Shown: positions 13,019 through 26,849 of the stretch, one piece after another
Position numbering within the stretch: position 1 is the stretch's first letter
Layout: every line of letters begins with the position of its first letter
From: Mobula hypostoma
Lineage: Eukaryota
Assembly: GCF_963921235.1 (NCBI RefSeq)
Contig: NC_086097.1
Coordinates: 224,070,001-224,134,000, forward strand
Reading direction: 5' to 3'
DNA: 64,000 nt
The notes under the pieces: generated by a model
Databases searched by the model: none
Seen by the model: only the letters and a program-made list of their open reading frames with translations
Told to the model about the DNA's origin: nothing
Position numbers and translations under genes: made by a program

Positions 13019-13530
13019 GTCTCCACAATCTCCTCAGCAACCTTTTTCAGAACCCTAGGGTATAGTCCATCTCGTCTAGGTGACTTATCTACCTCCAGAC
13101 CTTTCAGTTTCCCAAGCACCTTCTCCCTGCTAATAATCCAATTAAGAATTGCCATTCCCCTAGTGGTCTCAACCACAAAATCTCTCTTGTAGACATTCTA
13201 GAAATTTCTTCTCTTGGGATCCAACACCAACCTGAATTTCCCAATCTATCTGCATATTGAAATCCCTATGACAATTGTAACATTGCCCTTTTTACATATC
13301 TTTTCGACCTCCCAGTGTAATTTGTACCCAACTTTCTGGCGACTGTTGAGTGCTGTATATAACTCCCATCAAGGTCTTTTTATCCTTGCAGTTTCTTAAC
13401 TCTACCCAAAAGGAGTGTCATCATCTGATCCTTTCTCACCTCTTTCTAAGGATTTGATTTTGATTTTTACCAACAGGACTACCCCAACCCCTCTGCCTGC
13501 TTGCCTGTCCTTTCATTACAACATGTATCT

Positions 13531-14125
13531 GTAAGACCATGAGACCTAGGAGCAGAATTAGGCCATTTCGCCCATTGTGTCTGCTCCACCATTTTATTAT
13601 GGCTAATTCAATTTTCCTCTCAGTCCTGATCTCCTGCCTTCTCCCTGTATCCCTTCATACTCTGACCAGTCAAGAATTTATCAAACTCTACCTTAAATAT
13701 TCATAAAGACATGGCTTCCACAGCTGCTTGTGGCAAAGAATTCTACAGATTCACCACTCTCTAGTTAAAGAAATTCCTCCTCATCTCTGTTATAAAAGGA
13801 CATCCCTCTATTCTGAGGCTGTATCCCCTGGTCTTAAACTCTCCCACCATTGGAAACATCCTCTCCACATCCACTCTATCAAGGCCTTTCACCATTCAAT
13901 AGGTTGCAATAAAGTCACTCCTCAATCTTTTGAATTCTAGTGAATACAGGCCCAGAGCCATTGACACTCTTCATATGACAAGCCATTCAATTCTCGAATC
14001 ATTTTCGTGAGTCTCGTTTGAACCTTTTCCAGTTTCAGCACATCCTTTCTAAGATAAGGGGCCCAGAACTGCTCACAATACTCCAAGTGAGGCCTCACAA
14101 CTGCTTTATAAAGTCTCAACTTTGC
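13531..14125 (-). mobile_element. CR1 3' fragment nested in CR1
   Basis: ORF 13937-14119 RLYKAVVRPHLEYCEQFWAPY; has its own tail at 13531. Confidence 0.85.
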
Positions 14126-17049
14126 ATCCTTGGATGTTTAGCTCCCAAAAATGATTTCCTTTCAGCCACAACTCAGTAATGCCCACAATGTCATACCTGC
14201 TGAATTTTAACTGTGCTGCAAAATCATCTACCTTCAAACTTACCGATGTATTCAAATGTAACTTCTTCAGCTCTGTATTTGTCACCCTTTTTGATTTAGC
14301 CCTCATGTTACTGAAAGATAAAGTCTTATCCCCTTCTAAACTTTTTGTCTTTTTCTTTATTCTACAGACTTTCGTAACCTCTCTTGCAATCTCCTTTCCT
14401 TTTACCTTTTCCTCACTTTTCCAAACTGGTTCACCTACTATATAGCCTGAAGACACACTTTAACACATCCTACTGACTGCAATTTTGTCCTGTCACCTGC
14501 CTATCTTTCCTCACCATCTCACTGCTGGCTCCATCCATTTGTATGCCAACTACCCCATCATCTGCCCAATCACTCCGCACTGACACGGTATCGACTATGA
14601 CTTGTGAGGCACCCTTCTTATCCATTACACTGCCAATTTTCTTTTCCAGAGTAGAGCTAGACTTTCTATAGCCACAGTACCGATTTTCCTAGCTGGAACT
14701 AACTACGCAGTTTGATTAGTCGTGTAATGGAAGCAGTTATTGACTATGCAAAAATAGAAAATTTGCTTTGAGATCTAGTGTTGGTGTTTTGTGAAAACTA
14801 ACTGGCTCTAGACTTCTTTGCAGTCTTTGATACATGATTTACAAAGAAACAGTTCATGAACTTGATGTAAACCTGAGTTTAGCATGAGTAAACCACAATA
14901 ATACCAGGTTTATTGGGTTTATATGACCTAGCAGAGGAACGTCACAGTGGTAGTTCTCTGGCACAGAGTCTGTCTCTACGACTCAGAAAGGCAGGGGGGA
15001 GAAGAGGCAAGTTATGGTGATGGGGGTTTTGTTAGTTAGGGGAACAGACACGAGGTTCTGTGGATGAGAACGAGATTCTCGGATGGGATGTTGCCTCCCA
15101 GTGCCAGAATCTGGGACATCCCAGATTGAGTCCTCAACATTCTTAAGTGGAAGGGTGAGCAACCAGAGGTCGTGGTCCATGTTGGTACCAATGACAGAGG
15201 TACAAAGAGGGAAGAGGTTCGGCAAAGTGAGTTCAGGAAGTTAGGTGCTAAGTTAAAGGACAGGACCTCCAGGGTTGTGATCTCAGGATTGCTACCCATG
15301 CCATGTGCGAGTGAGGCCAGAAATAGGAAGATCATGCATTTTAACGTGGCTAAGGAGTTGGTGTAGGAGGGAGAAGTTCAAGTTTTTGAATCATTAGGCT
15401 CTCTTCCAGGGAAGATGGGACCTATACTGAAGAGATGGTTTGCACCTGAACTAGAAGGGGACTAATATCTTAGTGGGAAGGTTTACTAGTAGTGCACGGG
15501 GTGGGGTGGGGTTTTAAATTAGAGTATTAGGGGGAATGCCAGAACAGTGGTTGTGGAGACAATTGTTGTTAAGACAAAGTCATGAATAAAGAAGTCAAGC
15601 TTGGTGGGACTAACGTTATGAGTGATGTATATTTCAAAGCAAGAAGTATTGTAGGAAAGGCAGAAGAGCTCAGGGCATTGAAAAACACATTGAATTATGA
15701 TACTGTAGCCATTAGTAAGACTTCGTTGCAGGAGAATCAGGACTGGCAGCTCCTTATTCCGGGGTTTTGTTGTTTTATACATGATAGAGAATGAGGGATT
15801 AAAGGAGGAGGGGTGGCATTTTTAGTCAGGGAAAATGTCACAGCAATGCTCAGCAGGGCAGACTGGAGAACTCATCTAGTGAGGCTATATGGGTGGAACT
15901 GAAGGTATATTACAGACCACACAACAGTCTGTGGGATTTAGAGGACCAAGTTTACAGAGAGATTGCAAACTGTTGCGAGAAACATAAGGTTGTGATAGTA
16001 GGTGATGTTAACTTTCTACATATTGACTGGGAATCCCAAACTGTAAAAGGAATAGCAGGGATAGAGTTTGTCAAATGTGTTCAGGGAAGTTTTATTAATC
16101 AGTACATAGAAGTCCCAATGAGAGAGTGTACTATACTTGATCTCCTATTTAGGAATGAGACAGGGCAAGTGACAGAAGTTTGTGTAGGGAAACACTTTGC
16201 ACCTAGTGATCATAATGCCATTAGTTTCGATAATCATGGAAAAGGATAGATCTGGTCTGTGGGTTGAGATTCTAAATTTGATAAAGGCCAATGTTGATGG
16301 TATCAGAAATTATCTAATGTGGATTGGGATGGGCTTTATTCTGGCAAAGGTGTACCTGGTAAGTGGGAGGCCTTTAAAAGTGAAATTTTGAGGGTACGAA
16401 GCTTGCATGTGCCTGTCAGAATAAAAGGCAAGGATAACATGTTTAGGGAACCTTGGTTTTTGAGAGATATTGAGGCCTTGATTAAGAAAAGAAAGGAGAT
16501 GCATGGCAGGTATAGGTATACAGGAACAAATGAGGTACTTGAGGAGTATAAGACTTCAGAAAGAAGGAATGAGATTGCTCTAGCAGTCAAGATTAAGGAG
16601 AACTCTAAGGGCTCCTCCAGATATCTTGAGCCCAAAGTGAGCAAGGGACAAAATTGGTCCTCTGGAAGATCAGAATGATAAGTGGAGCCAAAAGAGAAGC
16701 AAAGAGACGAGAAAGGAGATCTTAAACAGATTTTTTTTCATCTTTATTTACACGGGAGATGGACACCAAGTCTACAAGTGAGGCAAAGCAGCAATGAGGT
16801 CATGGACCCTGGTGTTTGCTGTCTTTAGACAACAGGGTGGGTAAGTCCCCAGGGCCTGACAGAGTTTTCCCTCAGACCTTGTGGAAGCCAAATGCAAAAC
16901 TTGCACGGGCTCTAGCAGAGCTAATTAAAGCATCCTTAGCGATGAGTGAGGTCCCGGATGATTGAAGGTTAGCTAATGTTGTTACTCTGCTGTAGAAAGG
17001 CTCTAAGAATAAACTAGGAAATTATGGGCTAGTGAGCCTGACTTTGGTA

Positions 17050-19880
17050 CATAAGAGCATAAAAAATAGGAGCAGGAATAGGCCATCTGGCCCGTTGAGC
17101 CTGCTCCGTCATTCAATAAGATCATGGCTGATCTGGCCATGGACTTATCTCCACCTACCTGCCTTTTCACCGTAACCTTTAATCCCCCTATATGCACCCT
17201 TGTCTTAAATATATTTACTGAGGAATCATCCACTGCTTCATTGGGAAGAGATTTCCACAGATTCACCACTCTCTGGGAAAAGCAGTTTCTCCTCATCTCC
17301 ATCCTAAATCTACTCCCCTGAATCTTGAGGCTATGTCCCCCTGTTTCTAGTCTCACCTATCTGTGGGAAGAATTTTCCTGCCTCTATCTTATCTATCCCT
17401 TTCATAATTTTATAGGTTTCTCTAAGATCTCCTCTCATTCTTCTGAATTCCAGTGAGTACAGTCCCAGGCGATTCAATCTCTCCTTATCGTCTAACCCCT
17501 TCATCTCTGGAATCAACCTGGCGAACCTCCTGTACACCGCCTCCAAAGCCAGTATATCCTTCTTCAAGTAAGGAAACCAGAACTGCACACAGCACCCCAG
17601 GTGTGGCCTCACCAGTACCCTGTACAGCATAACCTCCCTGAGCTTAAATTCAATCCTTCCGGCAATGAAGGCCAACATTCCATTTGCCTTTTTGATAGCC
17701 GGCTGCACCTGCAAACCAACCTTTTGTGACTCATGCACAAGCACTCCCAAGTCTCTCTACACAGCAGCATGCTGCAATTTTTTACCATTTAAATAATAAT
17801 CTGCTTTTTCATTTTTCCTTCCAAAGTAGATGATCTTGTACAGTATTTACCAACATTGTACTCCATCTGCCAGACCCTCGCACACTCACTTAACCTATCT
17901 GTATCTCTCTGCAGACTCTCCGTATCTTCTGCACAATTTGCTTTTCCACTCATCAGCAAACTTAGATACAGTACACTCGGTCCCCTCTTCCCAATCGTTA
18001 ATTATATCATGAACAGTTGCGGGCGTAGCACTGACCCCTGTGGCACACCGCTCACCGGTTGCCAACCAGAGTAATACCCACGTATCCCAACTCTCTGCTT
18101 TCTATTAGTTAACCAATCCTCTATCCATTCTAATGCATCACCTCCAACTCTATGCATCCTTATCTTATGGATAAGTCTTTTACATGGCACCTCATCGAAT
18201 GGCTTCTGGAAATCCAAGTAAATAATGTCCATCTGTTCCCCTCTATTCACTGTGCTTGTTATATCCTCAAAGAACTCCATTAAATTTGTTAAACAGGACC
18301 TGCCTTTGCTGAACCCATGCTGCGTCTGCCTGATGGATCCATTTCCTTCCAGGTGACTTGCTATTTCTTCTTTAATGATAACTTCAAGTATTTTCGAACT
18401 ACAGCTGTTAAACTAACTGGCCTATAGTTACCTGCCTTTGGCCTACATCCCTTTTTGAACAGTGGCGTGACCTTCGCCATCTTCCAATCTGCCAGGACCT
18501 GCCCAGAGTCCAGAGAATTTTGGTAAATCATCGCCAGAACCTCAAGTATAACTTCTGCCATTTCTTTCAGTACCCTGGGATGCATTCCATCAGGAACATG
18601 GGACTTATCTATCTTCAGACCCACAAGTTTGCTCAGCACTACCTCTTTAGTGATAGCTATTACTGTATATCGTGGTCCTCACCTCACATAGCATCCATAA
18701 CATCTCTCTTTGGCATGATAGATGTATCCTCCACCATGAAGACCGACACAAAATTCAAAGCCTTGGTCATTTCCTCATTACCCAATATCAATTCCACCTT
18801 CTCGTCCTCCAAGGGACCTACGTTCACTTTAGCCACCCTTTTCCACTTTATAGAATTATAAAAACCTTTACTATCCATTTTTTATATTTTATGCTAGTTT
18901 ATTTTCATAATCTAGCTTCCATTTCTTTATTGCTCGCTTAGTGGTACCTTGTTGCTTTTTAAAGTTTTCCCAATCTTCCAGTTTTCCACTACTCTTGGCG
19001 ACTTTGTATGCATGAGCTTTTAGTTTGATGCCTTCTAATTCCTTAGTTATCCAAGGCTGGCTCTCCCCTCCCTTACTGTCCTTGATTTTAACAGGAATAT
19101 ACTTTTGTTGAGCACCGTGAAATATCGCTTTGAAAGTTTTCCACTGTTCCTCAACTGTCCCACCATATAGCCTGTGTTCCCAATCTCCACTCATCAAATC
19201 CTCCCTCATCCCATTGTAGTCTCCATTGTTCAGGCATAGTTTGAGCTATTGCACCCTCCATTTGTATGAGAAATTCAATTATACTGTGATCACTCTTTCC
19301 AAGAGGATCCCTAACTTCAAGGTCACTAATTTTACCTATCTCATTGCACAGGACCAGATCTAAGATAGTAGGTTCAATAACATGCTGTTCAAGAAAGCCA
19401 TCATGGATACATTCTATGACATCCTCCTCAAGACTGCCTCGAGCAACTTGACTTACCCAATCTATGTGCAAGTTAAAGTCCCCCATGATAACTGCTGTTC
19501 CATTCTTACATGCCTCAGATATTTCTCTGTTTATTGCCTGTGCTACTGTAATATTATTATTCAGTGGCCAATTGACAACTCCCACCAGTGATTTTTTTCC
19601 CTTTTCTTTCCTAATCTCTACCTAGACAGACTCAATATTCTGCTCCTTAGATCTTATATCATCTCTCACTATTGCCCTGATCCTATCTTTAATTAAGAGT
19701 GCTACCCCACCTCCCTTACCTTCTTGCCTATCCTTCTGAACTAGCTGGTATCCTTGGATACTTAATTCTCAATCCTCGCCACCCCGAAACCACGTCTCTG
19801 TAATGGCCACTAAATCATACCTCTTTGTACTGATTTGAGCCGCAAATTCACTGACCTTGTTTCGAAAAGTATGGGCATTC
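17050..19880 (-). mobile_element. CR1 LINE (EN+RT) inserted antisense in CR1
   Basis: Minus-strand ORFs with IMGDFN, GNYRPVSLT, YLDFQK, GVPQGSVL and YRVLVRPHL; short TSD-like TTGGTA/TCGGTA. Confidence 0.9.
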
Positions 19881-20112
19881 GGTAGTGGGAAATTTATTGG
19901 AAGATATTCTAAGGGATCAGATATTTGAGTGTTTGGATAGACAGGGTTTGATTAGGAATTGCCAGCAAGGCTTTGTGCGTGGTAGTTTGCGTCTAACCAA
20001 TCTTAAAGAGATTTTTGAGGATGTTACCAGAAAAGTTGATAAAAGCAAAGCAGTGGGTTTTGTCTACATGGACATTTGACAAGGCATTTGACAAGGTCCC
20101 ACATGGGAGGTT

Positions 20113-23100
20113 AAGACCATAAAGCCATAAAGTATAGGAATAGAATTAGGCCATTTGGTCCATCAAACCTGCTCTGCCATTTCATCATGGCTAATCCAAT
20201 TTTCCTCTCCGCCCAATCTCCTGCCTCTCCCTGTTTCCCTTCATGCCTTGACCAGTCAAGAATCTATCAACCTCTGTCTTAAATATACATAAAGACTTGG
20301 TCTTCACAGCCGCTTGTGGCAAAGAATTCCGCAGATTCACCACCCTCTGGCTAAAGAAATTCCTCCTCATCTCTGTTCTAAGAGGAAGCCCCTCTATTCT
20401 GAGGCTGTGTCCTCTGATCTTAGACTTGTCCATCATCCGAAATATCCTCTCCATATTCACTCTATCAAGATCTTTCACCATTCGATGGGTTTCAATGAGG
20501 TCACCCCTCAGTCTCTGAATTCTAGTGAATTTAGACCTCGAGCCATCAGATGCTCTTCAACTGAAAAGCTGGTCAATCCTGGAGCCATTTTCGTGAACCT
20601 CCTTTGGACACCCTCCAATTTCAGCACATTCTTTCTAAGATAAGGGGCCAAAAACTGCTCACAATACTCCGAGTGAGGCCTCACCAGTGCTTTATACTTT
20701 CAACATTACATCCTTGCTTTTATATTCTAGTCGACTTGAAATGAATGCCAACATTGCATTTGCCTTCCTCACCTCAGGCTCAACCTGAAAATTAACCTTT
20801 AGGGAATCCTGTACATGGACTCCCAGGTCACTTTGCGTCTCAGTTTTTTTGTATTTTCTCTCCATTTAGAAAGTAGTCAACCCTTTTGTTTCTTCCACCA
20901 AAGTGTATGACCATACATATTCCGACACTATATTCCATCTGCCATTCTAAGTCCTTCTGTAGCCTCCCCACTTCTTCAAAACTACCTGCCCCTCCAGCCG
21001 GCTTCATATTGTCTGCAAACTTTGCAACAAAGTCATCAATTTCATCATCCAAATCATTGACATATAACGTAAAAAGAACCATTCCCAACACAGACCTCTG
21101 TGGAACACCACTAGTCACCGGCAGCTAGCCAGAAAAGGCTCCCTTTATTTCCTCTCTTTGCTGCCTGTCAGTCAGCTACTGCTTTATCCATGCTAGAACC
21201 TTTCTTATAATACCATAGACTCATAGCTTGTTTAGCAGTCTCATGTGTGGCACTTTGTCAAGGGCCTTCTTAAAATCCAAGTACACAACAACAACTGATT
21301 CTCCTTTGTCTATCCTGCTTGCTATTTCTTCAAAGAATTCCAACAGATTTGTCAGGCAGGAGTTTTCCTTGAGGAAACCATACTGATAATGGCCCATTTT
21401 ATCATCTGCCTCCAAGTACTCTGTGACCTCATCCTTAACAACCGACTCCAACATCTTCTCAGCCACTGAGGTCAGAGGTTCAAAGGTTTAAATGTTCATT
21501 CATTATCAAAGTATACAACTCTGAAACTCTTCTTCTCCGGGTAGCCAAGAAAGCAAAGAATAGAAAGGCAGCATGATCATCAACCCCAAAATCTTCCCTC
21601 CCTGAAGAAAAAAATGAATAAAAATGGAACAGACACATCACCCCCCAAATCCCTCCCCCCACACAAAAAGCCCCGAACAAAATGGAACAGAAACATCGAT
21701 TCCCATCCTCCTCCCCCCACCCCCACACAAAAAAGTGAAAGATTGGGTGAAAACACAGAAAACAATAAAAAACGACAAGACCAAAATAACGTCTGTAGTC
21801 CAAATCCACATCCAAAATGCAGAAAATCTGGGCAACATTCTTTGGGTACAGCAGCAGGCTGTCCCCTCTCTGGTATCGTAGCAGATGGATCCTCAGTGAT
21901 TAAAAGCCGGTGCTCACCCTTCGCACTCTCCTCTATGCTTCAATCTCCCCACTGCTTTAATTGCTACACAATGGAAGCTTTAATTGGTGAAATGGAGTCA
22001 AACATCGGCTTGTGCCCTGGCCCACAGCCTGTCCACCATGAAATTCGTGCGCACTGCCTCTGTCTCCCAGAATCCTTTTGGAGACTGCAGAGCGATGAAG
22101 TATCCAAATAGTCTCCAAACTTCCACATTTGCCTCGATGTTTCAATCTCCCTCGTCACTTTAATTGGCGTACAATGGACTTTAATGGAGTCAAACATTGG
22201 CTCACGTCCTACAGCTGTACTGTGGCCTGCCCACCTTGAGGTTCGTGCATGCTGCCTCTGTCTCCCGGAATCCTCTCGGAAACTGCAGAGCACTGGAACA
22301 CCCAAGCGATCTCCAAACAGGAAATCAAAGACTCCAACAGTTCCAGGATCACATGCAAGACAAAAAAAAAACAAACATAAGAGATGTAAAAGAAGTGATA
22401 TATATGGTATCATAAACTATTCAGAAAATGTCAACCAAAGGAGCACTTTACACAGGTGCCATCTTGACCAGAAGTTTCACTTTTAACTGGCATATAGTTT
22501 TGTTTCTTCTGCCTCTCTCCCTTCTCGAAGTGTGGAGTGGCATTTGCAATTTTCTAGTCTTCTGGAACCATTCCAGAAGCTAGTAATTCTTGAAAAATCA
22601 TTACTAATGCCCCCACAATCTGTACAGCCACCTGGAGTGTATATTATCTGGTCCAGGTGATATCTATCTTCAGGCCTTTCAGTTTCCCCAGAACCTTCTC
22701 TCTAGTAATGTTAACTACACACACCTCATGCCCCCTGACTCCTGGAATTTCCACCATACTGCTAGTGTCTTCCACAGTGGAGAATGATGCAAAATACTTA
22801 TTCAGTTTGTCTGCCATTTCCTTGGCCCCCATTACTACCTCTCCAGCATCATTTTCCAGTGCTCCAACATCTGCTCCTGCCTCTCTTTTACACTTTATGT
22901 ATCTGAAGAAACTTTTCGGATCCTCTTTAACGTTACTGGCTAGCTCACTTTCATATTCCATCTTTGCCTTAATGACTTTTTAACTTGCCTTCTGTTGGTT
23001 TTTAAAAGCTTCCGAATCCTCTAACTTCCCACTATTTTTGTTCTATTATATGCCCTCTCTTTGTCGGCTTTGACTTCTCTTGTTTGCTACAGTTGCGTCA

Positions 23101-25160
23101 TCTTGCCCTTAGAATATTTTTTCCTTTTTGGGATGTGTATATGCCGTGCCTTCTGAATTGCTTCCAGAAATTCCAGCATTGCTGCTCTACTATCATCCTT
23201 GCCAGTGTTCTTTTCTAATCAATGTTGGCCAACTCCTCTCTTGTGTCATGTAATGTTATTCCCTTTACCCCGCTGCTATACAGCTACATCTGACTTTAGC
23301 TTCTCTGTCTCAAATGTCAGGGTGAATTCGATCATACTATGATCAATTTCCCTTAAGGTTTCTTTTACCGTAAGCTCTCTAATCAATTCTGGTTCATTGC
23401 ACAACACCCAATACAGAATAGCTGATCCCCGAGTGGGCTCAATCACAAGCTGCTCTAAAAAGCCATCCTGTAGGCATTCCTTTCTAGATTCCCCCTCTTG
23501 GAATCCTGCACCAGTCTGATTTTCCCAGTTTACCTGCATATTGAAATCCCCCATGATAATTGTAACATTGTCCTTTGGCATGCATTTTCTACCTCATGTT
23601 GTAATTTGTAGACCACATCCTTACTACTGTTTCGGGGGTATGTATACAACTCCCATCAGGGTCTTTTTTACTCTTGCAGTTCTTTAGCTCTATCCACAAT
23701 GATTCAACACCTTCTGACCCTATGTCATCTCCTTCTAATGATTTGATTTCATTTTTTTACCAATACAGTAACACCGCCCCCCCTGCTTTCCTGCCTGTCC
23801 TTTCGATACAATGTGTATCCTTGAACGTTGAGCTCCCAACTATAATCTTCTTTCAGCCATGATTCAGTGATGGCTACAACATCATACCTGCCATTCTGCA
23901 ACTGTGCTACAAGTTCATCTACCTTATTCCATACACTGCGCACATTTAAAATTAACACCTTCTGTTCTGAATTCACCTTTTTTGATTTTGTCCACCTTTT
24001 ATCTTGCAACTCATCTTGTAGACTGTAATTTTTCCCTGTCAACATCCTCTCCTCACCACACATTGCCTCTGTTTGGAAACCAGATACCTCATCATCAGCA
24101 CTACTATCTTACGCCTTTCCTATTGAATTTCTTGCATTGAAATATAGGCAGTTCAGGACACACTCACAGCATGCTTAACCTTTTGGTCTGAGATTTTACC
24201 AACAACTGTCATCACAGCCTCTCCACTATCTGTTCGGGCAGTCTGTTTCCCTTCCCTCTGCAGCTCTAGTTTAAACCCCACGGTGCAGCATTAACAAACT
24301 TTCCTGCTTGGATATTAGTCCCCCTGCAGTTTGGGTGCAAACCATTTCATCTGTACAGGTCCCACCTTCCCTGGAAGAGAACCCAATGACACAAAAATAA
24401 TATGCCCTCCTTCCTATACTAGCATGTGGCATGGGTAGCAATCCTGAGATCACAAGCCTGGAGGTCCTGCCCTTTAACTTAGCACCTAACTCCCTGAACT
24501 CCCTTTGCAGAACCTTATTACTCATCATACCCATGTCATTGGTACCTACATGGACCACGACTTCTGGCTGTTTACCCTCCCACTTAAGAACACTGAGGAC
24601 TCAATCTGAGATGTCCTGCACCCTTGGATTCCATCTGGGAATCTTGTTCTTTCCCACAGAGCCTCCTATTCATTATCCTAACTAATGAATCCCCTATTAT
24701 CACAGCATGTCTCTTCTCCTTCCCTTCCCTTCTAAGTTGCAGAGGCAGTGTCAGTGCCAGAGACTCAACCATTGTGACCTTCCTCTGTTAGATCAACCCA
24801 CACCACCCCCTTCCCAACAGTATGCAAAGTGATACACCTGTTGTTGAGGGGGATGGCTACAGGGGTACTCTGCATTGGCTCCTTAACCCCTTCCCCATTC
24901 CTGACTGTCACCCAGTCTCCCGTGTCCTGCACTTTGGGTGTAACTACCTCACTATATGTCCTATTTATTACCCCCTCAGCCTCCCAAAATGATCTGGAAT
25001 TCATCCAGTTCCAGCTGCAACTCCTTATTGCAGATTGTTAGAAGCTGCAGCTGGATGCACTTCTCACCATATGGTCATCAAGGACACTGGAGGTCTCCCT
25101 GCCTTCCCACATCCTACAAGATGAGCATTCGACTATCCCGCTTGGCATCTCTACTGTCTC
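20113..25160 (-). mobile_element. Near-full-length CR1 LINE inserted antisense (ORF1 Zn-finger/zipper, esterase, EN, RT)
   Basis: ORF1 start VECSSCRMWE..EKCIQLQLL near 25040-25145, VHVGTND at about 24550, YDVVAITESWL, IMGDFN, SGVPQ and FADN. Interrupted by 21477-22483. Confidence 0.88.
21477..22483 (-). mobile_element. Non-autonomous LINE-derived element with internal tandem duplication
   Basis: Splits the CR1 sequence GAGGTCAGA|TAACTGG. 5' end CAAGATGGC and Rex-like 3' tail. Duplicated unit at about 21938-22092 and 22140-22290. Confidence 0.65.
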
Positions 25161-26849
25161 AGCTGGTCAAGGAGGTTCAGTCGTTCAGCACTCAAGATGA
25201 GGTTTTCAATTGGATCAGACGTTGGCTTTGTGGGAGAAGCCAGAGGGTGGTAGTAGATGGTTGGCTCTCTGACTGAAAGTCTGTGACTAGTGCTGTACCA
25301 TAGGAACTGGTGCTGGACCTGTTGTTGTTTGTCATCTGTTTCAGTGAACTGGTTGATAATGTGGTAAACTAGATCAGCAAATTTGTGGATGACAGCAAAT
25401 TTAGATGTGTAGTGGACAACAAAGAGGACTATGAAAGCTTGCAGTGGGATGTGGACCAGCTAGAAAAATGGGCTGAAAAATGGCAGATGGAATTGAATGC
25501 GGACAAGTGTGAGGTGTTACACTTTTGTAGGACCAACCAGGGTTGTGCCCTTCTGTTCACTTATAAAGTGAATGGTGAGGCACTGAGGAGTGCGGTAGAA
25601 CAAAGGGATCTGGGAATGCAGGTCCATGATTCCTTGAAAGGGCTGTCACAGTTAGATAGCACTGTAAAGAAAGCATTTGTTACTTTGGCCTTCATAAATC
25701 AAAGTACTGAGTACAGGAGATGGGATGTTATGTTGAAATTGTATAAGACATTGGTGAGGCCTGACTTAGAGCATTGTGTGCAGTTTTGGTCACCAAATTA
25801 CAGGAAAAATGTAAGTAAGTTTGGAAGAGTACCAAGAAAATTTATAAGGATGTTACCAGAACTAGAGGACCTGAGTTATAAGGAAAGATTGAATAGGTTA
25901 GAAATTTATTCCTTGGAATTTAGAAGATTGCAGGGAGATTTGATAGAGGTATACAAAAATTATGAGGGGTATACATAGGGTAAATGCAAACAGACAGTTT
26001 TCACTGAGGTTGGTGAGACTACAACCAGAGGTCATGGGGTAAGGGTGAAAGGTGAAATATTTAAGGAGAAAATGTGGGGAAACATCTTCACTCAGAAGAT
26101 GGTTAGAGTGTGGAATAATCTGCTAGGGCAAGTGATGGGTGTGATTTTGATTTCCAATTTAAGAGAAGTTTGAATAGGTACATGGAGGGGAGGGGTATGG
26201 AGGGCTTTGTTCTGTGTGTAGGTTGATGGGACTAGGCTGTTTAAATGGTTTGGCACAGACTAGATTGGCTGAAGGATTTGTTTCTGTGCTGTACTTTTCT
26301 ATGACTCTATAAAAAACATTTAGTGAGATCAGTTATGGCTAATGAACGAGAACTAATTATGATTACTGTACGCTAGTGACTGGAGCCTATCAATAATGGT
26401 GTAGATTTCTGGAGGGAAGAATTTTTGAGCTAATCACATCCAAATTCTCCATTATTGCATATAATTGTTTTCTCCTTATTGCATATCCTGGAACAAGGCT
26501 GTTACTGATGATTGTTTATTGTGGAACTCTGTTTTCAAGTCCTCAGATAATCTGGTATCCAATGGAAAATGAACAAATATCCTGCCTTGAACTTGGAAGT
26601 GGTAGGAAGCACCCAGACAATGCCCAAAGTAAAATTCTATGATGTTCTTTGACACATGGTCACTAAACCTCCATCATCAACATTTCGGTAGTGATGATGT
26701 AGATTCCAGAAGGTAAGACTCAAGTTACTTTGTGACAATCACTAGCCATCAAAGCCCTTGACTAATCACAAAGGCTACACCAGGATCATGGGGTGGGGGT
26801 TGTAGCTGCAATTTAATTCAATAATCTCAGTGCCATCCATATCAGCTCC

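Larger units (their letters stand above)
11850..14580 (-). mobile_element. Internally deleted CR1 LINE hosting two insertions (12811-13018 and about 13531-14125)
   Basis: RT motifs (GNYRPDSLTSVVGKMLE, DKSP..DGLYPRVLK) and EN start (YDIVGITELWL). Host continuity is restored when the inserts are removed. Confidence 0.85.
14930..26310 (+). mobile_element. Near-full-length CR1 LINE in three pieces (14930-17049, 19881-20112, 25160-26310)
   Basis: ORF1 SGNH-esterase motif VHVGTND..VVISGLLP, EN motifs VGDVN and SDHN, and RT continuing across both inserts (VSLT|VVGNLLE; DKVPHGR|LVKEVQS). 3' tail near 26300. Confidence 0.88.

Noticed and set aside
21480..22486. Cluster of overlapping 100-165 aa ORFs
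   Set aside because: Arise from low-complexity, duplicated sequence of a non-autonomous element; no domain motifs.
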